Positions 44,149 to 57,315 of a stretch of DNA of 64,000 nucleotides are shown here, one piece after another. The stretch is from Rebecca billardiae RCC1528 (taxonomy: Eukaryota > Protista > Haptophyta). Location of the stretch: NCBI GenBank assembly GCA_965240325.2, contig OZ251223.1:4154001-4218000 (forward strand). Reading direction: 5' to 3'. How positions within the stretch are numbered: position 1 is the stretch's first letter; the number at the start of each line of letters is the position of its first letter. The position numbers and the translations under genes were made by a program. The notes beneath the pieces are model-generated. The model ran no database searches, had not been told where the DNA came from, and saw nothing but the letters and a program-made list of their open reading frames with translations.

Positions 44149-45276
44149 AAGGGGAGTCAGGGTACAGCACGTCCAGTTGGGCTGCAGCTGGAGCTTGGGT
44201 ACAAAAGCTTCCCGCGGCGCAGCGGCACTCGCCGCCGCCGCCGCCGTGGAGGGGCGGTTGTGGCGCGCACGGCGTGAGCCGCTGCGGGCGCTGAGGTGCG
44301 CGCGACGGCGGCGCGCCCGGCGGCGCTGCTGTAGGAGGCCACTGCCCTCCTCTCTGCCCCGCGCGCTTCGCTCGTCGTCGCCGTCGCCGCGCCTGCGACC
44401 AGCGCGCACGCGAGCGCCGCACCGCCCGGAAGCCGGGGCAATCTCAGCCGTGACTGCGCATGTGCGTCGCGACCTGGTCGGCCCAGCGCGCGAGGCGCGT
44501 GCGGGCGAGGCAGGGCCAGTGTGGCCGCGCGCCATGCCGCCTCAAGTAAGCCCATCTGAGCGTACAACAGGGAACTGAGCACGTGTGTCTGGTTGGCCGC
44601 TTGGACTCGGTGTCGAGTCTTCAAGCAATGCACGGGCCATCGTCGAGGCGATCTCGAGGCACTCAGTCAAAACGTCAGTTCAGCGCGCAGACGACCTGGG
44701 CGAGAGTCACTGACGATACATGACTCGCATGATCACAAAAGGCTCTGCAACTATCGCGTCTGTACGCCTACTGTCTCGATCGTGCACACTGACGTCTGCG
44801 CTTGGGTGCCGCATTGTTTGTCAACGTTGTCGACGGAGGTGCAAGGCCCGCGACATGCCCACTGGCGCAAGGTCGAGGCGGCATGGCGCGCGGCCACACT
44901 GGCCCTGCCTCGCCCGCACGTGCCTCGCGCGCTGGGCCGACCAGGTCGCGACGCACATGCGCAGTCACGGCTGAGATTGCCCCGGCTTCCGGGCGGTGCG
45001 GCGCTCGCGTGCGCGCTAGTCGCAGGCGCGGCGACGGCGACGACGAGCGAAGCGCGCGGGGCAGAGAGGAGGGCAGTGGCCTCCTACAGCAGCGCCGCCG
45101 GGCGCGCCGCCGTCGCGCGCACCTCAGCGCCCGCAGCGGCTCACGCCGTGCGCGCCACAACCGCCCCTCCACGGCGGCGGCGGCGGCGAGTGCCGCTGCG
45201 CCGCGGGAAGCTTTTGTACCCAAGCTCCAGCTGCAGCCCAACTTCAAACTGGACGTGCTGTACCCTGACTCCCCTT
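44149..45276. mobile_element. Non-autonomous Mutator-like (MULE/foldback) element with ~400-bp TIRs and 9-11-bp TSD
   Basis: 44148-44543 is the reverse complement of 44875-45277 (one 7-nt indel, few mismatches). The direct repeat GCGTGTACC sits at 44140-44148 and 45277-45285, and extends to TGCGTGTACCA if the ends are moved in by 1 nt. Confidence 0.85.
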
Positions 45277-46359
45277 GCGTGTACCAAGCCCCCCGCATCG
45301 CTCCCAAGGCCGCATGCGGGCGTGACAGCCGTGCGCGGGCGCTTTGTCGGGGCAAGAAGACCCGTAGGCAGCAATCTGAAATCGCGCCGCCTCGTCGACG
45401 CCCTCGCCGCCCTCTCCGCGCGCAGAGACCTGCCGAATGCCCGAATGGCAAGCGCAGTTCTGGAGAAGGCCTGTCCGACAAGCGGTGCCGATGGGCACTC
45501 GTGCGCCCCTGGGGCATTCAAAGCCAAAGGTCGGCTTTTTCGCTTCTGCGAGATGGGTATGGGTGCCATGGGTGTACTCAACATCACTGCTGATTTCGCC
45601 GGCTGCCATGCCGACATCGATCAGACCGCACACACGCGCGCGACAGCTGGCAGGCAGCACTTCCGGTTCAGAAGTGGTAGTGGTGTCTGGTGACGCGCGT
45701 GACCACAACGGTAGGCCGTCGACGAGGAGACCGCAGTGCGAGCAAAAGTAGGGCGCGCGCAAGACATGCATCTCAGTCGTGAGGCGTGCATGAGCCGCGA
45801 GCACGGGCACCTAGGCGGCTGTCCGGAGGTGCCGCCCGCGCGTACGCGCAAACTACTAGTCTACTGACCGTGCTGTATTCAAAAAGCTCTGCCGGATGAC
45901 ACAGGGGGGGCATGATCCCTGTGTCACCGTTGAGCCAGGCGCTTTGGGGGGCTTGGTTCACAAGCCTCCGGGACCATCCGCCGCATCCGCCCGCCCCCTT
46001 CCCTCCCCCTCCCCCTCCGTTCCCCGCCGCGCGCGTCGCCGGCGCCGCCCGGCGCGGACTGACACCGCCACAGGGCGCCACTAGTGCGACCCTGTGACGG
46101 TAGTTACCGTACAGTGACTAGCGTTATACTACCAAGCTGTCTAGGTATAGTACGTCGAACCGAATATCGCGACATGTAGTATGTACATCATCCCGAGAAC
46201 TTGCGAGCGGAGAACTGCGTGCGCGGTTTTTAACGACGCGATGCGCATGAATATAACGGTTTTTCGTCTGCGCGGAAACCGCGCAATCCGCATACTCACG
46301 GCATAGGCCCTATACTCATATCTTGAAAGCTCACGGACTACTGGCTTTCTCAGTTTCTG

Positions 46360-46440
46360 TCTGCTCTCTCTCTCACTCTCTCTCTCTCTCTCTCTAGTCT
46401 CTCTCTCCGTCTCTCTCTCTCACTCCAGTCTCTCTGGCTC
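46360..46440 (+). repeat. Imperfect (CT)n microsatellite
   Basis: Read directly from the sequence. Confidence 0.85.
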
Positions 46441-47914
46441 CAGCCACCGTCAGGGACGTCCACTGACCCTATGGGGGGGGTGCATTTAGACGAACCCCTG
46501 GGAGCCAGGGAGCGATGAGGGTACCAATCGAAAGATCTCCGGGGCGGCGGACGAAGCCGCAGGTTCAAAACCGAAGCCGCAGACGATTTCGTATGTTTCT
46601 TTGTCCTTGAACGCGTCGTCACAGTCGAACACGGAGGACTCCATCGTGCTGAACTTTTTTTTGGGCTCCCGGACCGGTCTCTCGCACGATGGAGCTCCGC
46701 CGAGCGGGCGAGGAGACGAGACGCCTTGGAGGCCTTGATCCGGGCGCATCCCCTGGTTGGCCGCGGCACCCTGTCGCGCTCGCGCCCCGGGTGCACCTTC
46801 GTGCACTGAGAGTCACCGATGGGCGAGAAGCTGCTCGTCGACTCGAGCAAGCTGCGCGCTATCCGCGTCGAGCTGCTCGCGCCGGCGGCCACACCTCGCG
46901 GCGGTGCGGGCGTGCGCATGAGCTTGTCGGCTTCTAGCTGCTCGCGCCCCGGGCCGCGCCGTCAGCTCGTGGTGCCACGGGTATGCGCGCGAGCTCGTGC
47001 TTGGCTGCAGCTCCTCAGAGGACTGCCACAGCTGGCTGGCTCAGAGCTTGTTCGCGAGTGCTGAGGTGCGGCGTGGCCTGCGCGGTGCGCCGCAGCGGTC
47101 AATGCGTTGCTCGATCCTGCACTGCGCTACGTCTTGACTCGCGAGGGAGGCGCCGATATCGGGGCTGTGTGTAATGCGTCATGGCCGCCCGGCGCAGAGC
47201 CGACGCCGCACGACGCAGCCCTCAGCCAACACCAGCGAACACGGTCTGCTATGCGAATTCTGGCGAGTTGGGGCCTTATTGAGGCGTATTTGGTCCTTCG
47301 ATCGGCTGGGGGGAGCCCCCCCCAGACCCCCCCCAGAGAGTCTGAATGCACCCCTGCTGGACGTCCCGGACAGTGACCGGAGCCCTCTCTCGATCTCGTC
47401 TAGCTCTATATATACGACTACGACAGCATCAAGTGATGAACGCGCGTATACTTTATACTTACGTCGGATCAGTGACCCGCGGACTACGTCTACCGCGCTG
47501 CCGGCAGGTGGGCCCCGTGGCCGTGCCGCGGCGCCGACCGCCGGCACCGGGCCGCAATGCGGCCCCGCCGGCGCGGGCCGGACGAAGCCATCCTGAGTAC
47601 TGGGTGGCGCGGCGGCGCGGGGTACGATCCGATGATCCGGATTCTGGCACCGTGTCCGAGCACGGCGTCCGAGTCCAAAACCCAGTCGGACTACGATTCA
47701 CCACTGCCACGGCCACGCGTGGACGGGTCGGCGCGGTCGCGCGGTGGCGCCGCCGCCATCGCACTTGCGGGCATCGCAGATCGCGGGCCCCGATGCCCAG
47801 CTGCAATGACGCCGCGCTTCCAATCGGCGCTCGATGCACGCCCGCCCGGCGATCACGTCCGCGCCTGCGCTGTGCTCATCGGCGCGCGTCGGCAGCACCC
47901 GCCTGGCGTCGGGC

Positions 47915-49884
47915 TCAGAGCCTGCTGATCTCGGCCGCGTCTGGCACGCGCGGCAGCACGACGACGATGCCGGTCAGGTTGTCCGCGGTCGAGCCGAAGA
48001 CCTCCTCGCCCTTGGCGCGCGACTCCTCGAAGAAGGCGTGCGCCCGCTCCGCGTCGGTGCTGCCCGAGCGCGCGTCCACGAGCGCCTCCATCGCCGCGTC
48101 GAACGTCCAGTGGTCCCACACGCCGTCCGAGGCGAGGAGCAGCACGCAGCCCGCGTCGCCGGGCGCGTGCGCCGAGGGCGGCTGCTCTGCGGCGAGCTGC
48201 AGCACCCTCACCTCCGGCACGCAGCGCACGCCGTACTCCTGGTGGTAGAAGTCGCCCAGCGTGCGCGTGACCGCGAGGGACATCTGCGAGAACGTGTCGC
48301 TCTGCGTGTGCGCGCGCCATGCGGCGCGCGCGTACGGGTGCGGGTGCGCGCGTGAGCCGCTCGCGCGCGCGCGCGTGCGCACGGGCAGGGCGGGCGGCCA
48401 CCCCGGCGTGTGCGGCGTGTGCGGCGTGGGCGCGCACCTCGGGCGTGAGGAGGAAGGCGGCGCGGTCCCCCCGCTCCGTCTTGAAGCCCATCCCGTACGA
48501 GTCCACCTCCCGCACCGAGTCCTCGTCCAGCAAAGGCAGGCCGTCCTGCGCGCAGCAGGAATCATCAGCGGGGAAATGGGGCGGCGCGCGCGCGCGGTCG
48601 GGCTCGCGCGCTGGCCGGTGCCCGCGCCGCTCCGCGCGCGCGGCGGTGCGCCCCGCTGCCCCGCACCTTGCCCCTCTGGCCGTGCCTCCACACGTGCAGG
48701 TGCCCCTTCTCGTACATCTCGGGGTACTCATACACGCACAGCAGCCCGCTGCCCTCGAGGGGCGCCCACTCCGCGCCGTTGAGCGCCGAGTGCTCGGGCA
48801 CGAGCTCGCGCGCGGAGACGCGGCCGTGCGCGGCGCTGGCGAGCACGGCGCACGAGTCGCCCACCATGGCGAACAGCAGCGTGCGCCCGTCGAGCAGCAC
48901 CGCGAGCGTGGCGGTGCTGCCGCCGTCCACGATGTCGTACCCGAGCGGGCAGTACTCGTCCGCATCCATGCGCACGACGAGGTGGCCCTCGTCCGAGACG
49001 AACACGCCGGGCTGCGCCTCGATCACGCGGCGCACCGCGTCGTTCGCCTCGGCAAACAGCCTGTCGAACGCGCGCTGCGGCGCCGCCCGCAGCTGCGACA
49101 CAAAGTCCGGCTGCTGCAGGTTTGCACGCATCGAGTCGCGCGCCGCCTCGGCCGCCAGCCGGCCGTTGTCGTGGCCGTGGCCGTCGAACACCGCCCACGC
49201 GTAGCACCCGCCGCCGAGCTCGAGCGAGAAGAACGTGTCCTGGTTCTCCTTCTCGCCCTTGCCGTCGCCGCCGCGGTGCGTGTACTCGAAGAAGACGGGC
49301 GGCGGCACGGCGGGCGGCGGCACGGCGGGCGGCGGCGCGCCGCGCGCAGGCGGCGCGCGCGCGGGCTCCTCCTCCGGCTCGAACTCGTCGTCGGAGTACG
49401 AGGAGGAGGCGGGCTCCTGCGGCCGGCTCGGCACGGCGGGCGGCGCGCTCGCCGCCGCGCCCGCGCCGTCCGGCGCCCACTGCAGCTGCAGCTCGATGCG
49501 CCCCTGGATCAGCTCGTGCCACTGCGCGCGCGCGCCCGAGCCGCGCAGCTGCGCGACGGGCAGCATGATCTTGCCGAAGTACTCCTCCTCGCGCTCGGAC
49601 GCGGCGACGCCCGCCTCCGCCGCGGGCGACGCGTTCCACACGTCGATCACCGCGTGCGCCTCGGCGCTCGTGTCGTCGAGCTCAAACGTGCGCTCCCACA
49701 GCGGCGTCAGGCTCTTCGGCGCGATCTGCGAGCGGCGCCGGCGCAGCCGCGTGGGCTCGAGGACCCAGAGCGCGCAGTACGTCGAGGGCACGCCCTGCAC
49801 GTACTCGGCGTCGAACTCGGCGCGCTTGAACGTCACCGTCAGCGTGCCGCGCGGAGGCGCGTCCTCGGGGAGGAGCGCCACCAT
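47915..49884 (-). CDS. C2-domain plus PP2C (PPM) Ser/Thr phosphatase; exons 49884-48667, 48545-48438, 48301-47915
   Basis: C2 motifs GTLTVT, SLTPLWERTF, IDVWN, YFGKIMLPV and QWHEL. PP2C motifs KENQD, VFDGHG, GSTAT, MVGDS, LAVTRTLGD, LASDGVWD and ADNLT. GT..AG introns at 48546-48666 and 48302-48437. Confidence 0.9.
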
Positions 49885-50015
49885 CGTCCCGAACCGTTCG
49901 ATGCAGCACCGTTCGAGCCGTGCTGGGCTGCTTGCTCATCAGTCCGGCCAAAAAAGAGTCCGGCTTTGGGCAGACCGGCTCACCGGCACAGGATCAAATT
50001 CGGACGAGGGCCGGC

Positions 50016-51688
50016 ATGGAGGAGCCACTGCTCTCGCGCACGCCGCCGGCGGCGCGCGCGCAGCGGCAGGCCGTGGCGTGGCTTCAGACGGCGCTGGCCG
50101 TCGGCGTGGTCTTCTCGCACATCGGCGTCGGCGTCTTCGAGCGCGTGAGCTTCAGGCTGATGGCCGTCTCCATGTCCCCGTACTACGTGGTGCTGCACGA
50201 GGGCCTCGCGGCGTCGCACCTGCTGCTGTTCGCGCCGGTCGCGTGCGTGCAGGCGCAGTGCGACCGCTCGTCCGCCGCGCTGCGGCGATGTCCGAAGCAC
50301 GCGCTGCTCACGATGGCCCTCCTCGACACGCTGCACAGCCTCCTCTCGCTCTACGCCGGCGGGCGCGTGCTCGGCGCCGCGCAGGCGGTGCTCGTGCAGG
50401 CAATGATCCCGGCGACGATGGCGCACGCCGCGCTCGCGCTGCACACGCGGTTCGAGATGCTGCAGGTGGCGGGCGCGGCGGTGGTGCTTCTCGCCGTCGT
50501 GGGCGTCTGCGCCTCGCCCGGCGCGACCACCGACGCGTCGCTCGCGCTCGTCGCCGACGGCGGCGCCCTTGGCGCGGGCGGGCGCGTGCTCGACCTCGCG
50601 CTCTTTGCGGCCGCGGCCGTGCCTGCGGCCGCGTCGGCGGTGTACAAGCGGCGGCGGCTGATGCTGCAGGTGATCGACACGACGTACCTCAACGCGTGGC
50701 TCGCCTTCTTCCAGTGCGCCTGCGGCCTCGTCATCGGCCCGCTCCTCTTCGCCGCCGACCGGCAGCGCCCCGCGTGCGTGCGCGTCGCCTCGACCGCCGT
50801 GCCCTACCCGGAGGACGCGCTGCAGGAGCTGCCGCCCCTCGGCCAGAGCGTGCTGCTGCGCAACGTGGACGAGGGGCTGCGCTGCGTCTTCGACGCGCAG
50901 GTGCGCGCGCCGCGCGCGCCGCGCGCGCGCGCCCCACGCCCGCCTCACGCCCGCCTCGCGCCGCGCCGCGCGCCCGGCCCCGGCGCGCCTTGCTGCGCCG
51001 CCCACCCACCCAGGACTACGAAGGCGCGGCGTGCCCGCACGCCTTCTTGCGCGGCGGGCTGTGGCTGCTGGCGTCCTCGCTGCTCGCGGCGTCGAGCTTG
51101 GGGATGATGCGGCTGCACTCGGTGCCCGCGCTGTACGCGGTCGAATCCCTCGTGCCCGCCGCCGCCGCGCTCGCCCTCGCCTCGCCCGCGCTGATGGGCT
51201 GGCTGCGCGCCGCCGCGGAGCCGCTGAGCGGGCGCAGTGCGCTGCTCGTGTGCGTGGCGACGGCCGGGCTGTGGCTGCACCACGCGGCGTTCGTGCAAGG
51301 CGCGCTCGCGCGGCTGAGCGCGCCCTCGCCCAGCGCCACGCTCACGGGCGACGAGTCCACGTCCGGCCGGCCGTGCTCCGCCTCCTCCTCCGCCGTCGCC
51401 TCGCCCGACGCAGCCGCGGGCGCGGGCGCGGACGGCGCGGAGGGCGCGGAGGGCGCGGCCGGGGGCGCGCCCTCAAGCGCGGGAGGCAGCGCGCACGGCG
51501 CGCCGGGCTCGAGCGCGCCGATCGCCGCGCCGGGCAGCGAGCGGCGCGGCGCCGGCGCCTCTCCGCCGGACGCGTCGCCGCACTCCTCGACCGCGTCCGC
51601 CGCAGGCCGAAGCCCCGCGGCGTACTCGGCCTCGCCGCCCGCGCGTGGCGGCGCGCGCGGCGACCTGCCGATGCGCTCGTCGCTCTGA
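50016..51688 (+). CDS. CRT-like (chloroquine-resistance-transporter-like/DMT superfamily) membrane transporter; exons 50016-50900, 51014-51688
   Basis: Multi-TM profile with MSPY, MALLDT, VLVQAMIPATM, PAAASAVYK, YLNAWLAFFQ and EGLRC..C, matching CRT/CLT family patterns. Intron 50901-51013 is GTGCGC..CCCAG. Confidence 0.75.
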
Positions 51689-52184
51689 GGGGCGGCGGCG
51701 CTGTGACTGTGGCGGCTGGCGGCCGGAGGCCCGGGGGGCGCCTTCGAGCGGCGTGGCGGAGGCGCCGCGCGCCAGATCACGGATGGCCTTGCGGCCCGGA
51801 CCGACGGTCGCACGTGCGTGAAAGTCGGCTCTAGTGCTCAGATGGACTGGCAAATGTTGTCCGCACGACGGTCATCAAGCATCCAGTCCCAGAATCGCCA
51901 CTTCGCGAATAACGCGTCGTCTTTTCGTCGCCTCCGCTTCGTCGAGCTCCATCACGAACGGCGTTCCGGGGACAACGTGCCCGGACTGGCCAACGGCGTG
52001 ATTTGTGCGCCGCAGCGCTTCCCCTCGCGAGCGCGCTGCGAGTCGCAGCGCGCGCACGGTTGGCGACCCGCGACCGAGCCTCGAGCCGGTGAGTCGGTGG
52101 CCAACGAGCTCACCCGGGCGCTCGCGCGCGCACGCGGCGAGCTAACGGACGAAGCGCGCACGGGGGCGAGCCTCTCGGCGCACG

Positions 52185-54705
52185 ATGGAGGAGCTGATCC
52201 ACGTCCTCCTCAAGACCGAGGAGCTGCTGCCCTGGGAGGCGATGCGCGGCAGCTGGCTGAGCGCGCAGCCGAGCTGGTTCAACGACGTCTGCAACCTCGC
52301 GGACGCGCCGAGCGCGCGCGTGCTCGCGCGGAGGCTGGGCGGCGCGCTCGCGAAGGAGCACGCGCGCGCGTGGCGCATGTGCGACGACGCGCTCCTCGCC
52401 GCGCCGCCCCGCCCCGCCGAGCTCCTCGCCGCGCTGCTCCCGCTGCACGCGTACGCCTGGCGACTCGAGCACGGCAGCGCGCGCCCGCCCACGCACCCGC
52501 TCGACGACCCGCTGGGGCAGGCGTACACGGAGGCGCGCGCGCGGCGCGCGAGCATGCACGCGGCCAAGGCCGGCTCGCCGCGCGGCGCGGCGCTCAAGCG
52601 CGCGCGCGACGACTCGCCCGTGCCGGCCCAGCGCGGCACGGGCCGCATGCGCGACAACCGCCGGCGCGCACGGCGCGCCGAGCCCGCCGACGCGACGGCC
52701 GAGATCGAGGGCGAGGGCGCGGCGGCGAAGCGCCGGGCCGTCGACGCCGACGATCCGATAGACACCGATGGCACGCCCTCGCCCGTCACGCCGCTCGCGC
52801 GCGCTGTCGCGACCGCGCCGCGCCGCGCCGCCCCCCGCTCGCGCAGCGCCGGCTCGGCGGGCCCGCCCGAGCGCGCGTCGGAGCGCGCGTCGGAGGAGGA
52901 GGGGGAGGCGCTCGGGTGCGGGGAGCGAGCCGCCGCGCGTGGCGCGCGCACGCGCGCGCCGCCGCCCGCCGTGCCGCCTGCCGCCGGCGCGGCGCGCGCT
53001 CGGCGCACGCCGCCGCCCTCCCCCGCGCGCGGCGCCCGACGCGCAACGTCCAATGCCCCGCCGCCGGCCTCGCCGTGCTCCTCCGAGGAGACGGCGCCCA
53101 TGCCCGCGGAGGGCGAGGAGGACGAGGCCGTGGCGCCGGGCGCTGCGCTCGCCATGCCGCGCGCGGCGCGGGGGCCCGCCGCCGCTCCCGCCGACGGTGC
53201 GCGCGCCGCGGACGCTCCCGGCCCAACTGCGGACAGCTCGTCGCCGCCGGCCTCGGGGCCGAGCTCGCCGCTGGGCGCGCCGCGGCTGTGGCTGGACGAG
53301 CCCTCGCCGATGGCGCTCGCGCCCACGCCGCCGACCGCGCCGCACCGCACGCCCAGCCCCGAGCGGCACGCCGCCTCCCCGCGCGCGGGCGGCGCGCTCT
53401 CGTGTGCCCCCGCGCCGCCGCCGGTGCCGGGCGGCGCGGCCGGGCGCACGGCGCGCGCTCTCTGGGTGGGCGCCGAGCGCGTGGCGCTGCTGCAGGCGGT
53501 GCGCGTGGACGAGATCGAGCCGACGCTCGCGCCGCTCGTGGACGCCGGCACGCAGACCGCCGGCCGTCACGCCCAGCGCGCGGCCGCGCCCTCGGCCGCG
53601 CAGCCGCACAGCGGCGCGCGCTGCGCTCTGCACGAGTGCGCGGAGGCGGAGGGGCGGGGCGCGGGGGACGGCTGCGCTCTGCCGATGGACCTCGGCGATG
53701 GCGCCGAGAGCGAGGAGGAGGAGGAGGAGCTGGCGGCGGGCGTCGTGCACGCGCACGCCGGCGGTGCGGGCTGCGCGCAGCCACCCGATCCCGACCCGGC
53801 CGCCGCCGAGCCCCCAGCACAGAGCGCGAGCGCGCACTCGCCAGTCGAGCGCGCGCCCGCCGCACCGCATGCCGCCGCACCGCATGCCGACGGCGCGGCG
53901 CCCGCCGACGATGCCGCCGCGCCGGGTGCCGCCGCCGCCGCGGCGTGGTCGGACGACGAGCCCATCGCCTTGCTCGATGCGCTGCACGCCGACGAGCTCG
54001 AGCCCACGTTCGTGCCGCTCCTGGACGCGGGCACGCAGACACAGGCGCAGCCGCAGCCACAGCCAGAGACACGGGCGGAGGCCCAGCCGCAGCCGCAGCC
54101 GCAGCTGCAGCCGCAGCCGCAGCCGCAGCCGCAGCCGCAGCCGCAGCCGCAGCCGCAGCCGCAGACCGCCGAGCAGACCGCCGAGCAGTGCGCCCAGCAG
54201 GGCGCCGAGCAGGGCGCCGAGCAGGGCGCGCGCTGGGCGACCGCGGTGGCCGCGGCCGCGGCGGCCGCGGTGGCAGCGGCTGCGGGCGCGATGGAAGCAG
54301 GCGGCGCGGGCGGCGGAGGCGAGGCGGGGCGGCAGCAGCACGCGGAGGAGGCGGAGGAGGCCGAGGCCGCGTGCGCTGTGCGCACCGGTGCCGAGGGTGT
54401 CGGCTGCGCGCAGCCACCAGCGGCCGCCCCTGCCGCCGCCGCCGAGCCCTCCGGGGTGGGCGTGGCCGCGCCCGCTGACGACGAGCCCACCGCTGCCGCC
54501 GCGCCGGTGGTGCCCACCGTCGGTGCGCCCGACGCCGCCATCGAACCGGCCGCCGCCGACGGCTTCGTCGCCCCTGCCGCGCCCGCCGCCGCCGCTGAGC
54601 TCGCGGTTCCCGGCGCACGCGAGGCACCCGCCGCCGCGCCCTCCGCCGCCGCCGCCGAGCCCGCCGCCGTCGCCGAGCCCGCTGCCGCCGAGCCCGCCGC
54701 CGCCG

Positions 54706-54736
<31 letters not shown>

Positions 54737-57315
54737 GCCCGCATCCGCCGCGCGCGCCCTTGAGACTGCCGCCTGGCGCGCCGGCTCGACGAGTGCGCTT
54801 ACCGCCGCGCAGCCGACAGCCTGCTCCGCCCCGGCCGCGTGCGCGCTGCCCGCTGCCGCGGCCGCTGAGCGGGGCGCGCGCGCCGCGCCCGCCGCCTCGG
54901 CCGCGCGTGCCCCAGCCCCCTGCGCGGCGGCTGGCGCTGCGCTCACCTGGCCCGCGCGGGGCGCTGCGCCGCGCCTCGAGGAGCCGCCTGACGGCGCCGG
55001 CGCGGCCGACGCCGCGCGCTCGGCGCCGCGCGCACACGCCGGCGTCTGCGCTGACGCCCGGCCTTTCACCGCGCACGCACACCCGCCGCCAGCCCTCCTC
55101 GCGCGCCACGCCGCCGCGCCGGCCGCCGCGCGCTGCGCGGGCGCACCGTGCGATGGCTCGTGTGCGCCCGCAGCCGCCGAGCCCGCCCAAGCCTGCGAGC
55201 GCCCGGCGGCGGGCGCGCCGGCAGCCACGCCGGCGGCTGCGCTCGGCGCGCGCCTCGTCGAGCGCAGCCCCGCGGCCGCGCCCGCCGCCGCGGCCAGCGC
55301 CGCCGCCGTGCCGCCGCGCGGCGCGCCATGTGGCTGGGCGGCTGCGCCCGCGCCGGGCGGCGCCCCCTGCGAGCCGAGAGCCGCGCCGCCCTCCGCCGCG
55401 CCCTCCGCCGCGCCCTCCGCGCGCGAGGCGCCGCCGGAGGCGCCGCCGGAGGAGGCGCCGCCGGAGGAGGCGCCGCCAGAGGAGGCGCCGCCGCTCGAGC
55501 TGTGCCTCAGCTCGGACGAGGAGCAGGAGCAGGAGCAGGGGCGGGGCGCGCACGAGCGGGGCGCGGCGACGGCGCGCGAGGGCGGCGCGCGCGCGGCCGC
55601 GCGGCCGGCTGTGGCGCACGCGCCCGCCGCGTGCGCTGAGGGGGTCAGCGGCGCGGTGCGGGCGGCGGCGGCGGCGGCGGTCACGCCAGCCGCCGACGCG
55701 ACGAGCACCGCGCTCGCCGCCGCCCCTGCCGCCGCCGCCGCGCCTGCGCCGTGCACCCCCTCCGGATCGGCGCACGCCCGCGGCGCGCTGCCACGCGCCT
55801 CGGGCGCGGCGCGCGGCGACGCGCCGGCTGCACCCCCGTGCGCAGAGGCGGCGGCGATGCGCACGCCCGAGGGCGCGCACGCGAGCGGAGGCTGCGCGGC
55901 CGACGCGGCGCGCGCGCCGTGCTGCCGCGCCGAGCGGCCGGGCGGCAGCATCGGCGGCGGCGCGAGCGCGCTCGGTGGCGGCATGGCCGCCGCTGGCGGC
56001 GCGCCGACCGACGGCCGCGGCGGCTGCGCAAGCGCCGACGCGGCCGCCGCCGCCCTCGCGCTGAGCGCGGCGGGCGCGCGCGGGTGCCTGCGCGCGCCGC
56101 TGTGCGTGCCGCCCGAGCACGGCTTCTCCACCCCGTCGTCCCCCGCGCCGGGCGCGGCGTCGGACTGTGCGCACACCGGCCCGCCGCGCGCTCCGCCGCC
56201 GCCCGCACGCGGCTGCCTGCGCGTGAGCGGGCGCTACGCGCCGTGCGCGCGCGCGGACGCACACGCGCCCGCGGCGGCGGCACCACGCGGCGCAGAGGGC
56301 ACGGTGCGCGGCGCGCGGCGCGCTCGCGCGCTCGCGCGCGCGCCGCGCTGCCCCCCGCGCGCGCGCCGCCTGCGCTCACCTCGCGCGCGCGACCGCGCCC
56401 GCGCCGCGCGTGCCCGCGCCTGCACAGCCTCAGACTGCCACCGCCGCCGCCGACGAGCGCGCGCCCGCGCCGAGCTCCTCCGAGCCCCCTGCGAAGCGGC
56501 GGCGCGTGGCGTTCGCGTCGCAGCTGGCGGTGGTGCGCGAGTACGAGGCGGACGGGCTGCTGCTCGGGCTGGGCGCGCGGGCGGGCGGCGGCGGGGGCGG
56601 GCGCGGCGCGGGCGCGGGCGCGCGCGCGCGCCGCCGAGGCGCGCGCGCGGGCAACGGCAAGTCGCGCTCGCTGCTGCAGGAGCTAGGCGCGGCGCAGCGG
56701 CTGCGGCTGGGGAGGCCGCCGCTGCCGACGCGGGTGACGGACAGTGCGATGGACGGCGGCGGCGCGGGCGGCGGCTGGTGGCGCACCGAGGCGCGAGGCG
56801 CGTTGCTGCAGCTGCCGACGGCGCCTGCCGCGCACGCGCAGCCGCGCCGCGCGGCCGCGGGCGCGGCCGCGCTGCCGCCCTCGGCGCCGTCCGCTCCGCC
56901 CACCGCGGCGGCGGCGCTGCCGATGCCCGGCGGCGGCGGCGGCGGCGGCGGCGGCGCGGCCGGCTCGCGTGGGCAGCGCATGGTGCGGCTGCACCGCCTC
57001 GGCGCGGAGGGCGGCGCCGCGGGCGCGCACGCGGGCGCGCGCGGCGGCGCGCCCGCCGCCGGCACTCGCGTCGCGCCGGAGCCGGCGACCCGGTCTCGCG
57101 CCGAGCCAGCCGCCGAGCGCGAGTTGCCGGCACTCCCCGAGCGTGCCCCGCGCGCTGCGGAGCACGGCGCCGACCGGGGCCAGGGCGCGGAGGGCGTCGA
57201 GAACTGCGCGCCGCGCGGGCCGCTGCCGCCTGCGGCCGCGCAGCTGCCGCTCGAGCGCGCGCTCGCAGCCGCCGTCGCCGAGGCCGAGCGCGCCGCAATG
57301 TCCGCGAGCGAGTGA
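52185..57315 (+). CDS. Large low-complexity protein with N-terminal Trp-rich helical domain and C-terminal RVxF motif; probable exons 52185-56303, 56428-57315
   Basis: Begins MEELIHVLLKTEELLPWEAMRGSW. A phase-0 intron at 56304-56427 (GTGCGC..GCTCAC..CACAG) links it to the frame encoding EPPAKRRRVAFASQLAVVREYE. Confidence 0.6.
54083..54163 (+). repeat. Coding (CAGCCG)n repeat encoding poly-QP
   Basis: Read directly from the sequence. Confidence 0.9.

Noticed and set aside
45893-46100. CACAGGG/CCCTGTG short hairpins, and a GGGGGGAGCCCCCCC motif near 47307
   Set aside because: These are probably transposon-end debris, but no paired termini or TSD could be defined.
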